This document shows positions 37,871-51,100 of a stretch of DNA of 64,000 nt, in pieces; position 1 is the first letter of the stretch; the number at the start of each line of letters is the position of its first letter. The stretch is from Lingula anatina (taxonomy: Eukaryota; Animalia; Brachiopoda), in NCBI GenBank assembly GCA_051362555.1, contig CM120640.1, forward strand, positions 20,398,001 through 20,462,000. The letters run 5' to 3'. The notes under the pieces were generated by a model. It saw only the letters and a list, made by a program, of their open reading frames with translations. It was not told the DNA's origin and did not search any database. A program made the translations under genes and the position numbers.

Positions 37871-40800
37871 AATATTAACATTTAACATTGACTATTTTCA
37901 TCAAATGCAGAACGTTCACTGTATTATTTAGGCATCAAGAGCTGAATGCAAGAGAACTGCGCTGATTTTTCACATTTTACTACTATCTTAAAACATCATG
38001 GAAAGAGAGAGGGATAGAGAATAGCAATACAAGAAAAAAAACATAGATAACCATCCATTCAGGTAAACAGAAAATGAATATCGCAATTATCTAGCGGTTG
38101 TTAGAAAAATTGACTCTGATTTAGCAGAGAAGGGAGAGAGAAAAAGAAAGAGAAATCGTACATATGCCCTTCTTTACATTTTTTTATATTTAATTCTAAA
38201 TTTATATTTAACCACCGGTAACTCATATATGTTGGTGTTTACTTGTGCCACAATGGTTTGTTATTTCCAAGGCATGCACTTAAAATTCCGATTGTAGCAG
38301 TGCCATAACCCGTGACAACGTACTGGGTGGCAAAATTCGTTCTGAAGCAGGTGAATGCAAGACCTCGATTGATAGAGGCGCAAACTCCTGCCTTTTTATT
38401 ATTTCTCAAAGATACACTTGATATGATGTCGACACATCAGTTTTACGATCCAACCATCCAACTGAGCATCAGTTATATGAGTATTCCAATGCCAAATAAA
38501 GGAGCTAAATTTATCTAAACGTAAAGCTGACGTCCAATGACTGATTCATTTATTAAAATTCAATTTTTTCTGATTCAGTTAACTTATAACGATGATTAAT
38601 CTGATTTATTATGAAAATAATCTATTAAGATTATATTTTCCTGTGCAATTGTCTATGTGTGCAATTTCATTATCAAGCGTAGAAACTACATGTTTTCTAC
38701 GAGTTCAATAAACACATTGATTTCTTGTGATACCGCGAGCTTTTTTGTGTCTGTCTTACAAAGGCAAACCCAGTCGCTTTTTGTTATCTGAAATTCCAAT
38801 ATTTTGCATAAAGTAACTTTTCTGCATCAATATGGAAATATGCATTTTAAAAACTACGAAAGACAGAGGCCTGAACAAAATTCTTCTTCAAAGTGAATAC
38901 ATTTATCTTATTTTCCTTTTTTCCTTTTCTCTCTCTCTTTCTCTCTCTTTTGTAAAATCTTCTTTTTGTGTTCGTGTGTGTTATAACATTTTACGTCAAA
39001 CAATGGTCCCTGCAGGCGGTGTACTGCAAACGTGACAACAGTACCGTGACAGTGCCGCCAGGTTTACCGCACATTAAAGCCTCGGCGCCGAGAAGATCTG
39101 CGCCCCTTTTGTGTGAGCCGGAAAATCATACATGCGTAAAACGGAAGCGGTAGACCACATTTTCAATCTTTGTGACACTTCATTTGAAAGCGGCCTCGAT
39201 TTAGGAATGTTTTTAAAATTAAAAGATACTGAACTGCAAATTCTCAGTTTATTTTGTTTCAGTGGGAGGTATAAATATTTGGCTAAATAAAATCCTATCA
39301 ATCTAGAGGTTCTTGCGTGCAACTGACTTGATTTCACATTTTCAAAAATGCTTTGTTTTTAGAGAAGTCTTGATGAACGTTTATTTGACCTTTCATTTCA
39401 AATCTGCGAGGAAGCTACGGCGTAAGCTGTATAAACTCTACAACTAGTGTTTTATTATCTTAATCTGAATCTGATCCTTTCACTAAAATCATTATGGTGT
39501 CAAATCCACTCTTGACCCTCCTAATGTGACGGCTTCAAACGGTCACCCCGTCAGGTACACCACGCTCTTTTTGAATCAACGGGCCCGTTAGCAGGTGACC
39601 CGACGCTGCGGTTTTTTAATTTCGAATCGCACACAAAAGACTTAAAACAGTTCAAACAGAAGTCATTTCTCTCTTGATCGATTTATCAGCAGACATCAAG
39701 AGAGATCCAATTTGTGGGTTACATAACACACGGCGTGCGGTGCTCTGCCCATCTGTCCATTTCGCTCGCACCTGCTCTTTCGACCACAGGGCCACGTGAC
39801 ATGAGTGCGTTTTACTCTGTCGTAGTATTCTATCTTATGTCGCTCGCGTGGCCTATCATATCAATGTTGGCGGTCCCTGGTCATCATATATTTTTTTCTG
39901 GTCGTTAGGCGTTAATTTGTAAAAATATTTGCCTTTTTGTGTAGTTCTCGTGGTTGGTAAAACACAAGTTGGCGTCCATGGGCCATTTTTTTCAGTGTCA
40001 TAATCTACTTGATAGGGTTCATATGGTGAATAATATTAATGTTGGCGGTTTTGGGTCAGCTTTTATTTTCATTCTTTAAACAGTTGGTTGTCTACTAAAA
40101 ACATTACGACCTGAATCGTAAACTATTCAAAGAAAAATCTATCAATTTAAAAGTATTACATCAAACCCTGAAAATAGATATTTTGTTATTAAAGGAAAAA
40201 CGACTAATCAACCATTTTCTTGGAAGAAAAAAACGACTGTAGTGTGGTTATAAAAATGTTTCAGAAAAAATATTTCAGCTTTCGTATTTTTAACCATCTT
40301 AAAATTAAGTTACCTTGAAAAGTGTCTGTTAAGTTTCAGTTTTCTTTAATTGTCGCACATCAGCTAAACAGACAAATTAATACCTCCCCAAGAAGTTAAA
40401 CTTAATGTGTATGATTTGAAAACTAAAAAATTGATGAAAACGAAAATGAGCTCTGATTTCTAATTGGAATTGAAAAGATCCGAATACGTCAATACACTAT
40501 TTCTTAAAAAAAAAAAACTAAGATTAAGTGCAACAAGGTGATCCTCTCGTGCAGTGATCTTGTCTGTGGAGTACGTGTTTAATATAGCTGATATATGGTG
40601 AACTGCTGCACACAATACATTATACACTATCAAACATAAATTGGCCCTGGAACCACGTACATATTGCCTGGGGAAATTGACATAAAAATCATGATCGCAA
40701 GCCAGCCCTGGCGATATTAACATTAGGTGATGTGCGTTCTCTGCACTCAGCTTCCTGGATTTAAATCCGTGTTTTTATGTCAGACAAAATTATTTGCACG

Positions 40801-41573
40801 AGATAGAATTAGCTACTCTTTAAAATTAGTGATTGGCGGGTCTGGGCAATAATTAGCTTGAGTTGAAAAAATTATATTGTTTCTTTTTTATGAATAATGT
40901 TAAAGCTTATTTTTTTCGATAATTGCCCACGGTAATGAAAAATACAGTCTCCTTCTGCAGGAAGTAGAACACAATTTCGTTTGTAATATTCATATTTAAT
41001 GCTGCATTTGCATCAAATTCAATACGATATCTACTACAAACGGGGTTGCCAAAAGGACGATACTGAAAACGCGTAGATCTATTATCTAACGTCTAATAAA
41101 CAACAGAATAACAGGTATAAACAGTGGGAGTCTGTCCAAAATAATATGCAAAATACTCGCAAATGCGTGGAATTGCTGGTAAACCTGAGGTAACCCTCTC
41201 TCTTCCCGCTTCGTGCGTGCACTGGCCGTGCTGACCGCCCGTGCTGACCCTGCTAACCCTTGGAAGGTAACCCAGGGATTGGGTATCGAAATGGCCTCGC
41301 ATAGAGAGACTCCAGTCAAGGGTTGTAGTATCATTGTCTGGTGCCAAATTTAACAACTTTATCGGAAGAAGTTCAACAATTATTTTGTTCATCTGTGCTA
41401 TCCTAAGTAATGTTACTCTTACTTACATGTTCAATGGACAAATAGACATAAGGAGGGGGGTCGGACTTAGATAACTGGTTATCTATTATGTATTGCGCCG
41501 TCTGCATCTGGGAAATACTGCTTTATATTTATGACCTTTTTCTCGTGTTTGACTCTTTTTTAAATATGAATAG

Positions 41574-41926
41574 CAACAATTAATGGAAATACGGCGGCCA
41601 AAAACTATCAGTAATATGGAGCTGTGGCAGAGAACAGAGAAGCTACCAATGGAGGATGACATGAAGAAGACAAGGTGGAAATGGCTTGAGCATGCTCTTA
41701 GTAAGGTTCCAACAAACACTACCAGACAAACCTTACTATGGACCCCGTAATGTGTAAAAAAAGAGTGCCAGGCCACGGAATACCAGGAGAATAGAGCCAG
41801 ATACTGAAACCAAGAGACTTGGTATGAACTGGAAACAACTAGAGAGGAGAGCAAAAAACAAGGAAGGATGGAAGAATCTTGTAGGTGGCCTATGCTCCAA
41901 GAGGGGTGGCATTAGTAAGTTAGTAA
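41574..41926 (+). mobile_element. RTE-clade non-LTR retrotransposon, 5'-truncated 3' fragment
   Basis: Degenerate translation IRRPKTISNMELWQRT..RWKWLEHALSK..TRQTLLWTP*..RPRNT..GMNWKQLERRAKNKEGWKNLVGGLCS matches the RTE ORF C-terminus. Contains a stop and a frameshift, and ends in a short TAAG-like tail. Confidence 0.85.
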
Positions 41927-44674
41927 TGTGACTAAAACACAACAGCCGCCCCTGCTACCTACGCTGGATGATGAACGTAAACGATAAAGTAGAGAGCAGC
42001 AGCAAGCAGTTATTTATCATTGAGGAAGTATAAAAGTTGTGTACAGGTGTATCGGGAGGGTCTTTACATTACAGTGTGAAAACTAAGTATTTTCCAGGAA
42101 CACAAAGAATCTCGGCAGAAAAAAGGTATATTTCTCTGGCTGCAGATACATTGAACCGTCACCAAACCCCAGCCTGAAGCTTGCATGGAAAGAAGTGCGT
42201 TAGACACCCCCCCCCCCCCCGCAAATATAATATAACATAAAATAATTAAATTTGAATAAAGACGTGGTGAAGAACCGAAATAGTAATGGCAACATTGGAT
42301 AGGTGCAGTTATTGTGGAATAACGATTGGAGCTTCTAACCTAGCTATAATGTGATTTTCGTTGCATATTTTAGGTAACGCGGGACTGTGGAAAAATAGCT
42401 AGAAAAGGAGGTGTTGACTGAGACATTGTCTCATTGAAATGAAGCTACAACCTTCCACAGAAAAGCCAGATAATTCTCAATTTTTGGCGATCCCTTGTCA
42501 AATACGAGCTAGCTGTAGACTATGTAATATCACGTGACATCCCAGAAATCCCCGAATTATCATATACAGGAATGCGACTAGGAATCCCCCGAATAATCAC
42601 ATCCCAGCGAGAAAAATCTGCTTATGATTTCAAGGTAATACTACACTGGCATAAAAAGAGCATTTTTAATTCTGGCAAAATCAAGTGGGCAAGGAAGAAG
42701 GTGATAAATTATCACTACGAAGATGTTATTACGCATATCTCCAAAGACAAATTCTAGAATCGATCAGATCAACACGATTAATTTGATCACATGGTTCATT
42801 TAGGCAGAAAATGGCAATACGTAGAAGCTATTCAGAACAAAAAACAAACGTATTATAAAACTACTTTTTTATTATTGTTAAAGGACTCAAATATACACTT
42901 GTAATACCATTCTGACGTTATTTAGCCCTTTCCTTCGCTGTTTTGCTCCTCCTACGATGTAGTGCCTTACAAAATGGCACAAAAGATGGCGTTGGGGTGA
43001 AAGAAGACATCACCCGTTTCGAAGAAAACAACTTATAATTCTCAAGTAGCTCACAAAATTGTATATGATTAAAAAATAAGCTCGAAATTAACTCATCTAC
43101 ACCGCTCTATCTCAATAGCCGAAATCAAATAAATTTAACCAAAAATAACAAGGAGTGCTGCATGGCGTTGCAAATGAACACCCTGCTGCTTTGCTTATTT
43201 TCTGTCATATCTATAAATATTGACTCGCTGTGAAAGCGGGTTTAGTTTACAGCCAGAATGTTCGGTCATACACTTCTGCCTTGCGTCGTAATGAAAGCAA
43301 CCTGAACGCAAATAGTTTCTCAAGTACAGTGAAGATCTTACTTATTTGAACTACGCTGGAATCGCTGGTGAGCGCAAACGGGCCCGCTTATAATTCACTT
43401 ATTATACATAATAAAGATACATACATATATTAAACTTTACCCCTGAGAATCATAGGCACGCATCTTTCGGGTGACTAACTGTCCTTGCCTAGGATACACA
43501 GGGTACCGGCTGAATGACAGGGCGCACGAATCTACAAAAGTGAATATCTGCGGTTAGTTGTTGAACTTCACAACTAAACCGCAAAATATTCAATTTTCCA
43601 GGCTTGACATTCAGCGTAACGTTACCATGGAAACTTAGCAACATTTTCCACATTGCCATCAATCCGCAATATGTTTAAATAATGTTCCCTGAGCTTTATG
43701 ATGATACAAAGAAGCACCACTAACCATCAAAATGGACGATCTCTTTCTTTTCTCGCAGTCAGAACGAACGAAAAGGGGTTTCGTTGCCAGGGAACTTGGT
43801 GGCTGATTTCAATAGTTGAACTTCCCAAAATTAACAAAAATAACAATGAATAACAAACTAATTGGCAGCCTAATAGTACCAGTGCTCTTTTCTAATGAAT
43901 GACCACCTTTTGCGCGTTATAAATTGGCTCGTCTCCAAGGTAAAAAAATAACCCCTATACTCAACTAAGACTACATAAAAGCCAACAGTAACCGTCGAAT
44001 CTGAAACTGTAAAATACAAAATTGTATGTCCCGAAAGCAATACTGACTTTCACTAAAACGCTAAAATAATATTGTTATAGTAGTATCGATAATACAGTGA
44101 AGATAATACTCATAATAATTGTACTCTACGATTAATAGCGCATCGGTCGCCCTGAACGTTGGGTTACATCCGTATCATGTTAAAAGTATGCCAGCTATTC
44201 GTCGGTGGTATAAAATGATTCCGTGTTGATCTTTGGGTCATGGAATCGACAAGGGCAATTGTGCCCGGACAATACAAAACGGTGATAACAGTAATATTAG
44301 TACATCGACCCCGACCCAGGTCAATTCTAATAATCCCTGATAGGTTGTCGACGGAGAGAGCCATCCATCCAACCCCGCATCTTTCCAGTGCACGATGTTT
44401 CAGTACAAGACGGCCAGGCCTTGGTATAACGAATGAATGACCTCTCTTTCTCTCTTTCGCTTTGCCTAGCTTCGAGGCTGCTATCTACTTTCTTCCAAGT
44501 AAATATAAAATCAATACAAGCGTCTGCTGGCTGGCTGGCGGCTTCTCTGAAAGCCTTCTTATGAATACACATTCGCTTTGATTGGTCGTTTTTTTAACAT
44601 GGCGAAATTTTTATGAAAATGCTTTGGCTCTTCTAAGGGTCGGTCCATAGATATTCAGTTGCCCACTGAAATGA

Positions 44675-44682
44675 TGAGGTAG
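44675..44682 (-). promoter_or_regulatory. let-7 8mer target site in the lin-28 3' UTR
   Basis: Plus strand TGAGGTAG, i.e. CUACCUCA in the mRNA. Confidence 0.7.
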
Positions 44683-44934
44683 CAAATGTTTTTGACTCTC
44701 CACTATCTTTCAATGTGTAAACATCACGATCGCTTCCTCTTCGTAAATCCATATTTTGAAACTGAACAGATCAATCATCTTTCAAGCAAAATATTATCGT
44801 TACCATCGTAAGCATGAATCATGGGAGTATTTTTAATCTAAAATTGAAGTATACATAAAACATAATCCTTTAAAAAAGTACAAAAAATGTCTAAAGAAAA
44901 TGTTCGTGGCTGTTCCCCTGAACAAAAAAATTGT

Positions 44935-44944
44935 TGAGGTAGTA
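44935..44944 (-). promoter_or_regulatory. let-7 target site (pairs with nt 1-10) in the lin-28 3' UTR
   Basis: Plus strand TGAGGTAGTA equals let-7 nt 1-10; about 410 nt after the lin-28 stop codon. Confidence 0.8.
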
Positions 44945-45351
44945 ACGTGGAGGCGATCAATCGCTACTTTTGTGCACACAAGGTACGGTTCCAGATTGCA
45001 CAGTACCCGCTCCCCTCGGAATCGTAACGCAATCAAGGTACCCGTTATGGGGAGGGAGGCTAACAGTAGTATCCTTTTTTTGCAGGGTTAAGCTCGAAAA
45101 ACAAAAAACAATGTATTGCAACATATCCTCCCGCTTCCTAGAGTTGTTCAACAATTTCAGGCTGTTTGGACGTTTTTTTAAACTTTTTGTAACACATAAA
45201 TCAAATCCAGTTTTTGGGACTTCAAAACGTCGTAGTGTACTGACAATGACAGTAATAATGGATTTCTTTGTTTTTCTTGCTTGCATATTGAAACTAAATC
45301 TCTTGAGAGCTTCACACGCCGCATTTTTTTTGGAAAATTTTCGCAAGTTTA

Positions 45352-48041
45352 TCATGACGATGGGTATCCATTGTCCTCTCCCTCTGACTGTTTCTTTTGT
45401 GGACAGTCCGCAATCAAATGATCCGTTCCCTTACAGTTATGGCAACGTTTTGGGAGTGGGCCATGTGGGCACTTTGCCGCCACGTGGTTCCCAAAGTCAC
45501 CACAATTATAGCATCTGAAACATAAACATTTCATTGTTATATATAATTTTGTTTATCATAAATTCACTTAGTGCTTTTGATAACTTCCTCAATATATGAT
45601 TTTTTTCCTAAACAGTTGTTTTCGTTTCTTGAACTTCGTTTTTAATCTCTATAATTTCTATGGCTTTAGGTCTTAAAACAGCTCCCTTTTGTTTTGGTCA
45701 AGTATGGTACATGGCATTCGATGATAAGTCCATATCTTGTTTCTTTTAATTTTGCCAACACACTGTGCGTAGAACCGTTATAAATGACGGTCAATAAAAA
45801 AATCTGCTTTACAAACGCTGTCCATGAGAAAGTAGCTATTACTTTGATAAGTTTGGTAATACGTCTAGTCCCTTTGTGCGGGCGCACCTCGTAAGTGGAT
45901 ACCCTGACCCAAAATTCAGATATTACGTAATTTACCGCCGCTGGAAGAGTCAAACGGAAACTCCCAAGGAAGCTACGCCGAAAAAAGCTTTGAGAAAATT
46001 ACGTAACTTAACTGCACACGTGCCATTTAACCGATCTTTTGTGCTCAAATGTCAATTTCATTTATTTATCATGACGCATATTTCACCTTAATATGTCTAT
46101 CGTAGCGCAAGACAATTACGGTTTGAACTGGAAAAGAAGTAATTTACGCACCGAATTTTTCTAAATTTCTTCCTGGAGAGGGGTCTTCTTTCACTGCCCC
46201 GAACGTCCAAGCCTCCCGGTCCGCTCACGTATGTCGCCTCCACGCCTTTGTCTGATGGCTGGCTTTCAAATTCGACCTCTTCTTCATCTGCTAAACTACG
46301 AAACCCGTTCTTCTTTATCCGGGACTGAAAATATAAGGAAAGAGAGATAATATGGGATTCCCAGAAATGACAACGTATTTGTTGATTGTCCTATGTTACA
46401 GGGAACATGGCAGTTAAACTATTTCGTTAAGCCTAAGGGGTGGGGGAGGGAGTCCGGGGATCATACCTCTTGGGCGAACTTAGGCATGTGCCCGAGAAAA
46501 AAGACAACAAATGACAAAAAGAGAATGTTCCGACTATTTCCATGATACTGATTTTAATAAAGCTTCCTCAAACTCATATCGAGATTGGTTGCGAGATTGC
46601 AAAATGTGCCAAAATTTTACATTAAAATTTCTCGTTACTTAGCTAAAGGGCACTTGAATCTGTCATATAAATATTTTTTCTGTAGTAGCAGCTAAACTTA
46701 CTAAAAAAAATAGACTATTCTTATTAATCATATTTCACAACAATTTTTCTTATGAATCTTATTTCACAAACACTTTCCTCGTTATCTAAAAAATAATTAA
46801 AGTAAAAAGAGCTTGACTATTTCAGATATTCATATCTATTTAGTAGCAAAGATGTTTTACGGCGATAGTAATTTTTTTTACAAATCCCGTCGAAATGGTA
46901 TTAAAAAAGGCATTGTATTTTTTAACAATTATGAAAATAATGAATTACGACTCATTCCTTAGATAGTTATTTGCAAATTGTCTTCAATCGAAATGTTGGT
47001 GTTCTTTTTGCAAGCATTGTCATCGCCAAAAACCATTAACAAAACTTTTCTCTGCAGAAACCATAATGTTTTAATTTAATTTTACATTATTTGGCTTATT
47101 AATTCAATATCCGTGTACCTTACATATTTTTCTCCCAGGTAAATCTCACAAAAAACGGAGTTTTTCTATTCTTCGCAAGAAATGATTGAACAGTTAATGA
47201 ATAAATACACAGAAAAATTTCTATTCCCCTACAGTATAGTCAAAATTTCTTCGATTATTCATATCTTCAATTCAAATTTTTCCTCACGCCTTCATTTACA
47301 TGGTTAAAATAATCTTTGTTTTTCACTAAACTGAATAACATAAAAATATAAAACATAAATATAACATTTTGCTAACCAACGGATAGGCCTACTTAGCAAT
47401 TTCATTTTCTGCAATCATCACAGAATTTGTATACTCTTGGTAAATATTTAAAACATCTTCGACTTTGTAAAAATATTTTCTCAAAACCCGTTCAAAATTC
47501 GCCATTTTTGCACCTAATATCACCAGAACTCAAATTTTATTTTTAACTTTATCACTCAATATCACGGGGACTCATATTTGATTCATAACTTTCTGTTTTA
47601 AAATCTCTATCAAATAGATCCACGGACGTCCTTTCTGTGCTAACAAAATTTCGCGGGTTTTGTTTCAACAGGCAGAGCGTACTACCCGTACTGGTGACCT
47701 AGATCTAGGAGGCCAACAGACCACTGGCTATTGATTCGAGTGGTTGCTATAGTAACGGTCAGTTCTCGGCATAATGCAGGTTTACTCTAGGTGTGCGTTA
47801 TGCAAGACTCGAAACCCGAGCAGTTACGAGGTGCCAAAGAAATTATATTAGTCCCATCCGCACTGGTTGTACGTGAGACGAGCTAAATAATTTTAACTCG
47901 TTTTTCACCTTGCAAACCTGCCAAATTATGTAAACATGGCGCTTTTAGACATACACATGAATTAGGCAAATTTTAAGGTTACCAGCCAAATGAAAAGGCA
48001 ATAGCCAGAGGTTAGAACTGGTAAACCAATATTTCATAGGC

Positions 48042-48121
<80 letters not shown>

Positions 48122-51100
48122 CTGAAGTCCTAAAAATACGCTAGTATGTTTATTCCAAAAAACAGCGATTACATATATCCGATCCCGTTGTATTTCTACA
48201 CGTTGAAATATAAAATATTATTAATGAAGGTGGAAACATGTTCTTGACGTAACATCGTTTTTAAAATTGCATGTATTTGAATAAGATAATTGTGTGTAAG
48301 CGAGGCCCTGAATGCAAGTCTACATGGCTTGTGTCAATTTAAGCACAAAATTAACTTTCCTTTTTTTTTGTTTTACTTTCCCCCCGGTTTCTTTCACTAA
48401 ATATATAAACCACCCCGACCATGGCAGAGTACTGAGCATTGTTGTAGAGTAATGTATTTATCCTGTAATGAAAGGAGACCGTGGCGAGGTGCGGTCAGCT
48501 GATCGACTGACCACTGGAATTCCAGCCATTTTAATGTGTATTTCATACGGACGTTTTCCTTTTGACTACGGAATAAGATCGGATATCTTTCAAGACAACT
48601 TTCTAGATGCAAAGAAAACTGATCATTGTACGCTTCGTTTTATCAAATATGGTGTGAGATTGCTGTGAAGTCCTTCTTACAAATTAGGGGATTAATGTGT
48701 TAACTTTAAATTATTTATTTTACGTTAATATTGGCCATTTACAGTTATTTCTCTTTTTATAATTTTTGTACGACAATCATTAAGATCTTCCAGTTTTCAT
48801 TTTCAGTTTATGTTTTTCATTAAAAACTACAATATCACAAGATTTGGTAGACTGGGTAAATGAATCAACAATTACCTTCAAATTTTTATAGCAAAACTTC
48901 CACTTTTGACAGGAAAAATAACTTTTCAATCTTTTTTTCACTTTTTTGAAAAGTCATTGAGTGCAGTTATTTTCCTTTGTGTCTATTACACGACCAAGTT
49001 TCTCTCCGAGATAGATTATCACGTGCATTAGATTCTTTCTAGGCGAACTCACCTGAATTTCTCAATTACCTGACTTACCAGATTAGTTTCAGACGGAAAC
49101 TCTCAGCTATTTTAGATTACGTAATGCCCAAGATCACGTCTTTTGTGGCCTTTAAGAATGCCCTCGAAGGGTGGGCTACTATATAGGTCGGAATCAAGAT
49201 AAATGGAAGTTAATAATGTAGTTTAACAGCGTAGAAGAATAGGACTGCTTTAAAGAAAACGTGGGAATACTGGGCTTGGATATCGAATATCTTTGTGGAG
49301 TTTAAAAATTATTTTCATAAAGAAACGGGAAAAGCGGCGGACCTTTTTGTCGCGATAAAGAATTTATTTTTGAAAGAAATTTCTTTTTAGAGATACTTAA
49401 CGAGTACATTAGTAAGTAAACAGTGTTTTTAACTGTCCAGTTAAATTTATTTTTGCTGCGAATCCTTTTTTCTTCTATACGGCATGGATTTGTGCGCTCT
49501 ACAAAAAAAAATATGTAGAGTATAATTTCTGAAATCTGGGATACATTGGCTTAACACTTTTAAGCACAAAAAGCTGCATGATAAGTAAGATTTTTCTTTA
49601 AAAATTAATTTACAAATTCTTTTCGTGTCATGGCACTCGCGATGTGACAGATAAATAAAAGTTCGGCTGCTTTGTTTCCTCACATTTTAAATGGGGCATT
49701 TTATACACCGATTCTGTATTCGGTCACTGGCAGAAAATCATATGAACATTTTCAGCAACGTTTCATTGCGCTATAGGACCCATTTTAATTATCTTTAAAG
49801 GTGTAGAAAAAATAATTAAATAAGATCTCAGTTGATAAAACCTTTGTATTAATGTATTTTCTTTTCCCGTTAATAAATTCGGCCTGTTGAGCTCACTGTC
49901 AAAATAGCAATGAACACTGACAAAAAATCTAGAGAAACACTTATGTTGTTATTATAACTGTTGCCTTCAATCCCGTGACAGTGACACAGCAAACATAAAA
50001 ATCATAATAATTGCAAAAATGCTGCCGCCATAAATCTGGACGGTTTAAAAATCCTGTAACATCACAATTTTAAGGGCCGGCTATTTTTATTGTGAAAATG
50101 CTATGATAACATAGGCTTATAGACAGACAAAATAACTTGTCAATTCATACGAATTTACATGATCAATATTCCTTCCCATTTCCTCACAAGGTCGCCTCCT
50201 TTTTACGCTCATTCACTCACTCTCTATCGGTTTGTACTTAGGCCTTAATAACCTTAATGTCTATAATTATATTGTTCTATTTCATCGCATTTGACCGCGT
50301 CTTGACCTCTCCTTTGTTTGACTGGACAGTCATGTACAACCACAGAATCGAGTTTCGATAAGCTACATTCTACTAGCCTTTTTCATGTACTGCCGGTTGT
50401 TAAATATTGCCTGTGTCAAATAGAAGGTTCTTACAGAAACTGATTACCTTATATCTCCGTTCTGCATAATATCATTGTATGCCGAGTGTAAAAATATGTA
50501 AGCATATAACATATCTTTAATCCATGTTCAGAATTCTGATTATTTACGAATATCAATAAAAGAAGGGAATAAGTCTATGACTTACACAAGTTTAACTAGT
50601 CCTTGTCCAATCAGTAGAAAAAGAAAAATCACCATCATAATAAAGTCGTCGTTCAGTTACCTTGCGCATGGAGAACTACAATATTTTGCAAATGCAAAGC
50701 AGACATCAAGTTTGCGAGGTTCGAAACTACGGCTACCAACGGAAAGGACACCTGGCGGCCATTTAATTTTATTTCAATTTATTTCAAAAGACCTATATCG
50801 GTATATGTGTATGTTTGTTTGACGCCATAATCTAACACTGAACAAAACGCACCTTGTTTAACTACCAGTTACCAGTATAATATATCTACAACATAACAAA
50901 AACTGAATCAAAATTCAATTCATTCCCCCGAAATGTTTCCTCAATTTTCAGCACAGACAGTTTCAATGACGATTCCCTCTTCGCAATGCTAGATATATAC
51001 TCAGACAAGAGGAAAGATAATTTCTAATCACTAACATTACATTGGAAACTTTTCATTCTCGTCTAACTAAAAGAATTTTAATCAGTAATCAATAAATGAA

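Noticed and set aside
44716-44725. TGTAAACATC matching miR-30 nt 1-10 in the lin-28 3' region
   Set aside because: To my knowledge miR-30 is vertebrate-restricted and this genome looks protostome. The word is also a Forkhead DNA motif, so I do not claim it.
44935-44975. Plus-strand let-7-like sequence followed by GGAG, suggesting an antisense let-7 gene inside the lin-28 UTR
   Set aside because: Identity to let-7 stops at nt 10 and no ~60-nt precursor stem forms; better explained as a target site on the opposite strand.
44957-45518. 132-aa and 182-aa ORFs overlapping the lin-28 last exon and UTR
   Set aside because: No recognisable domains; UTR or antisense shadows of lin-28.
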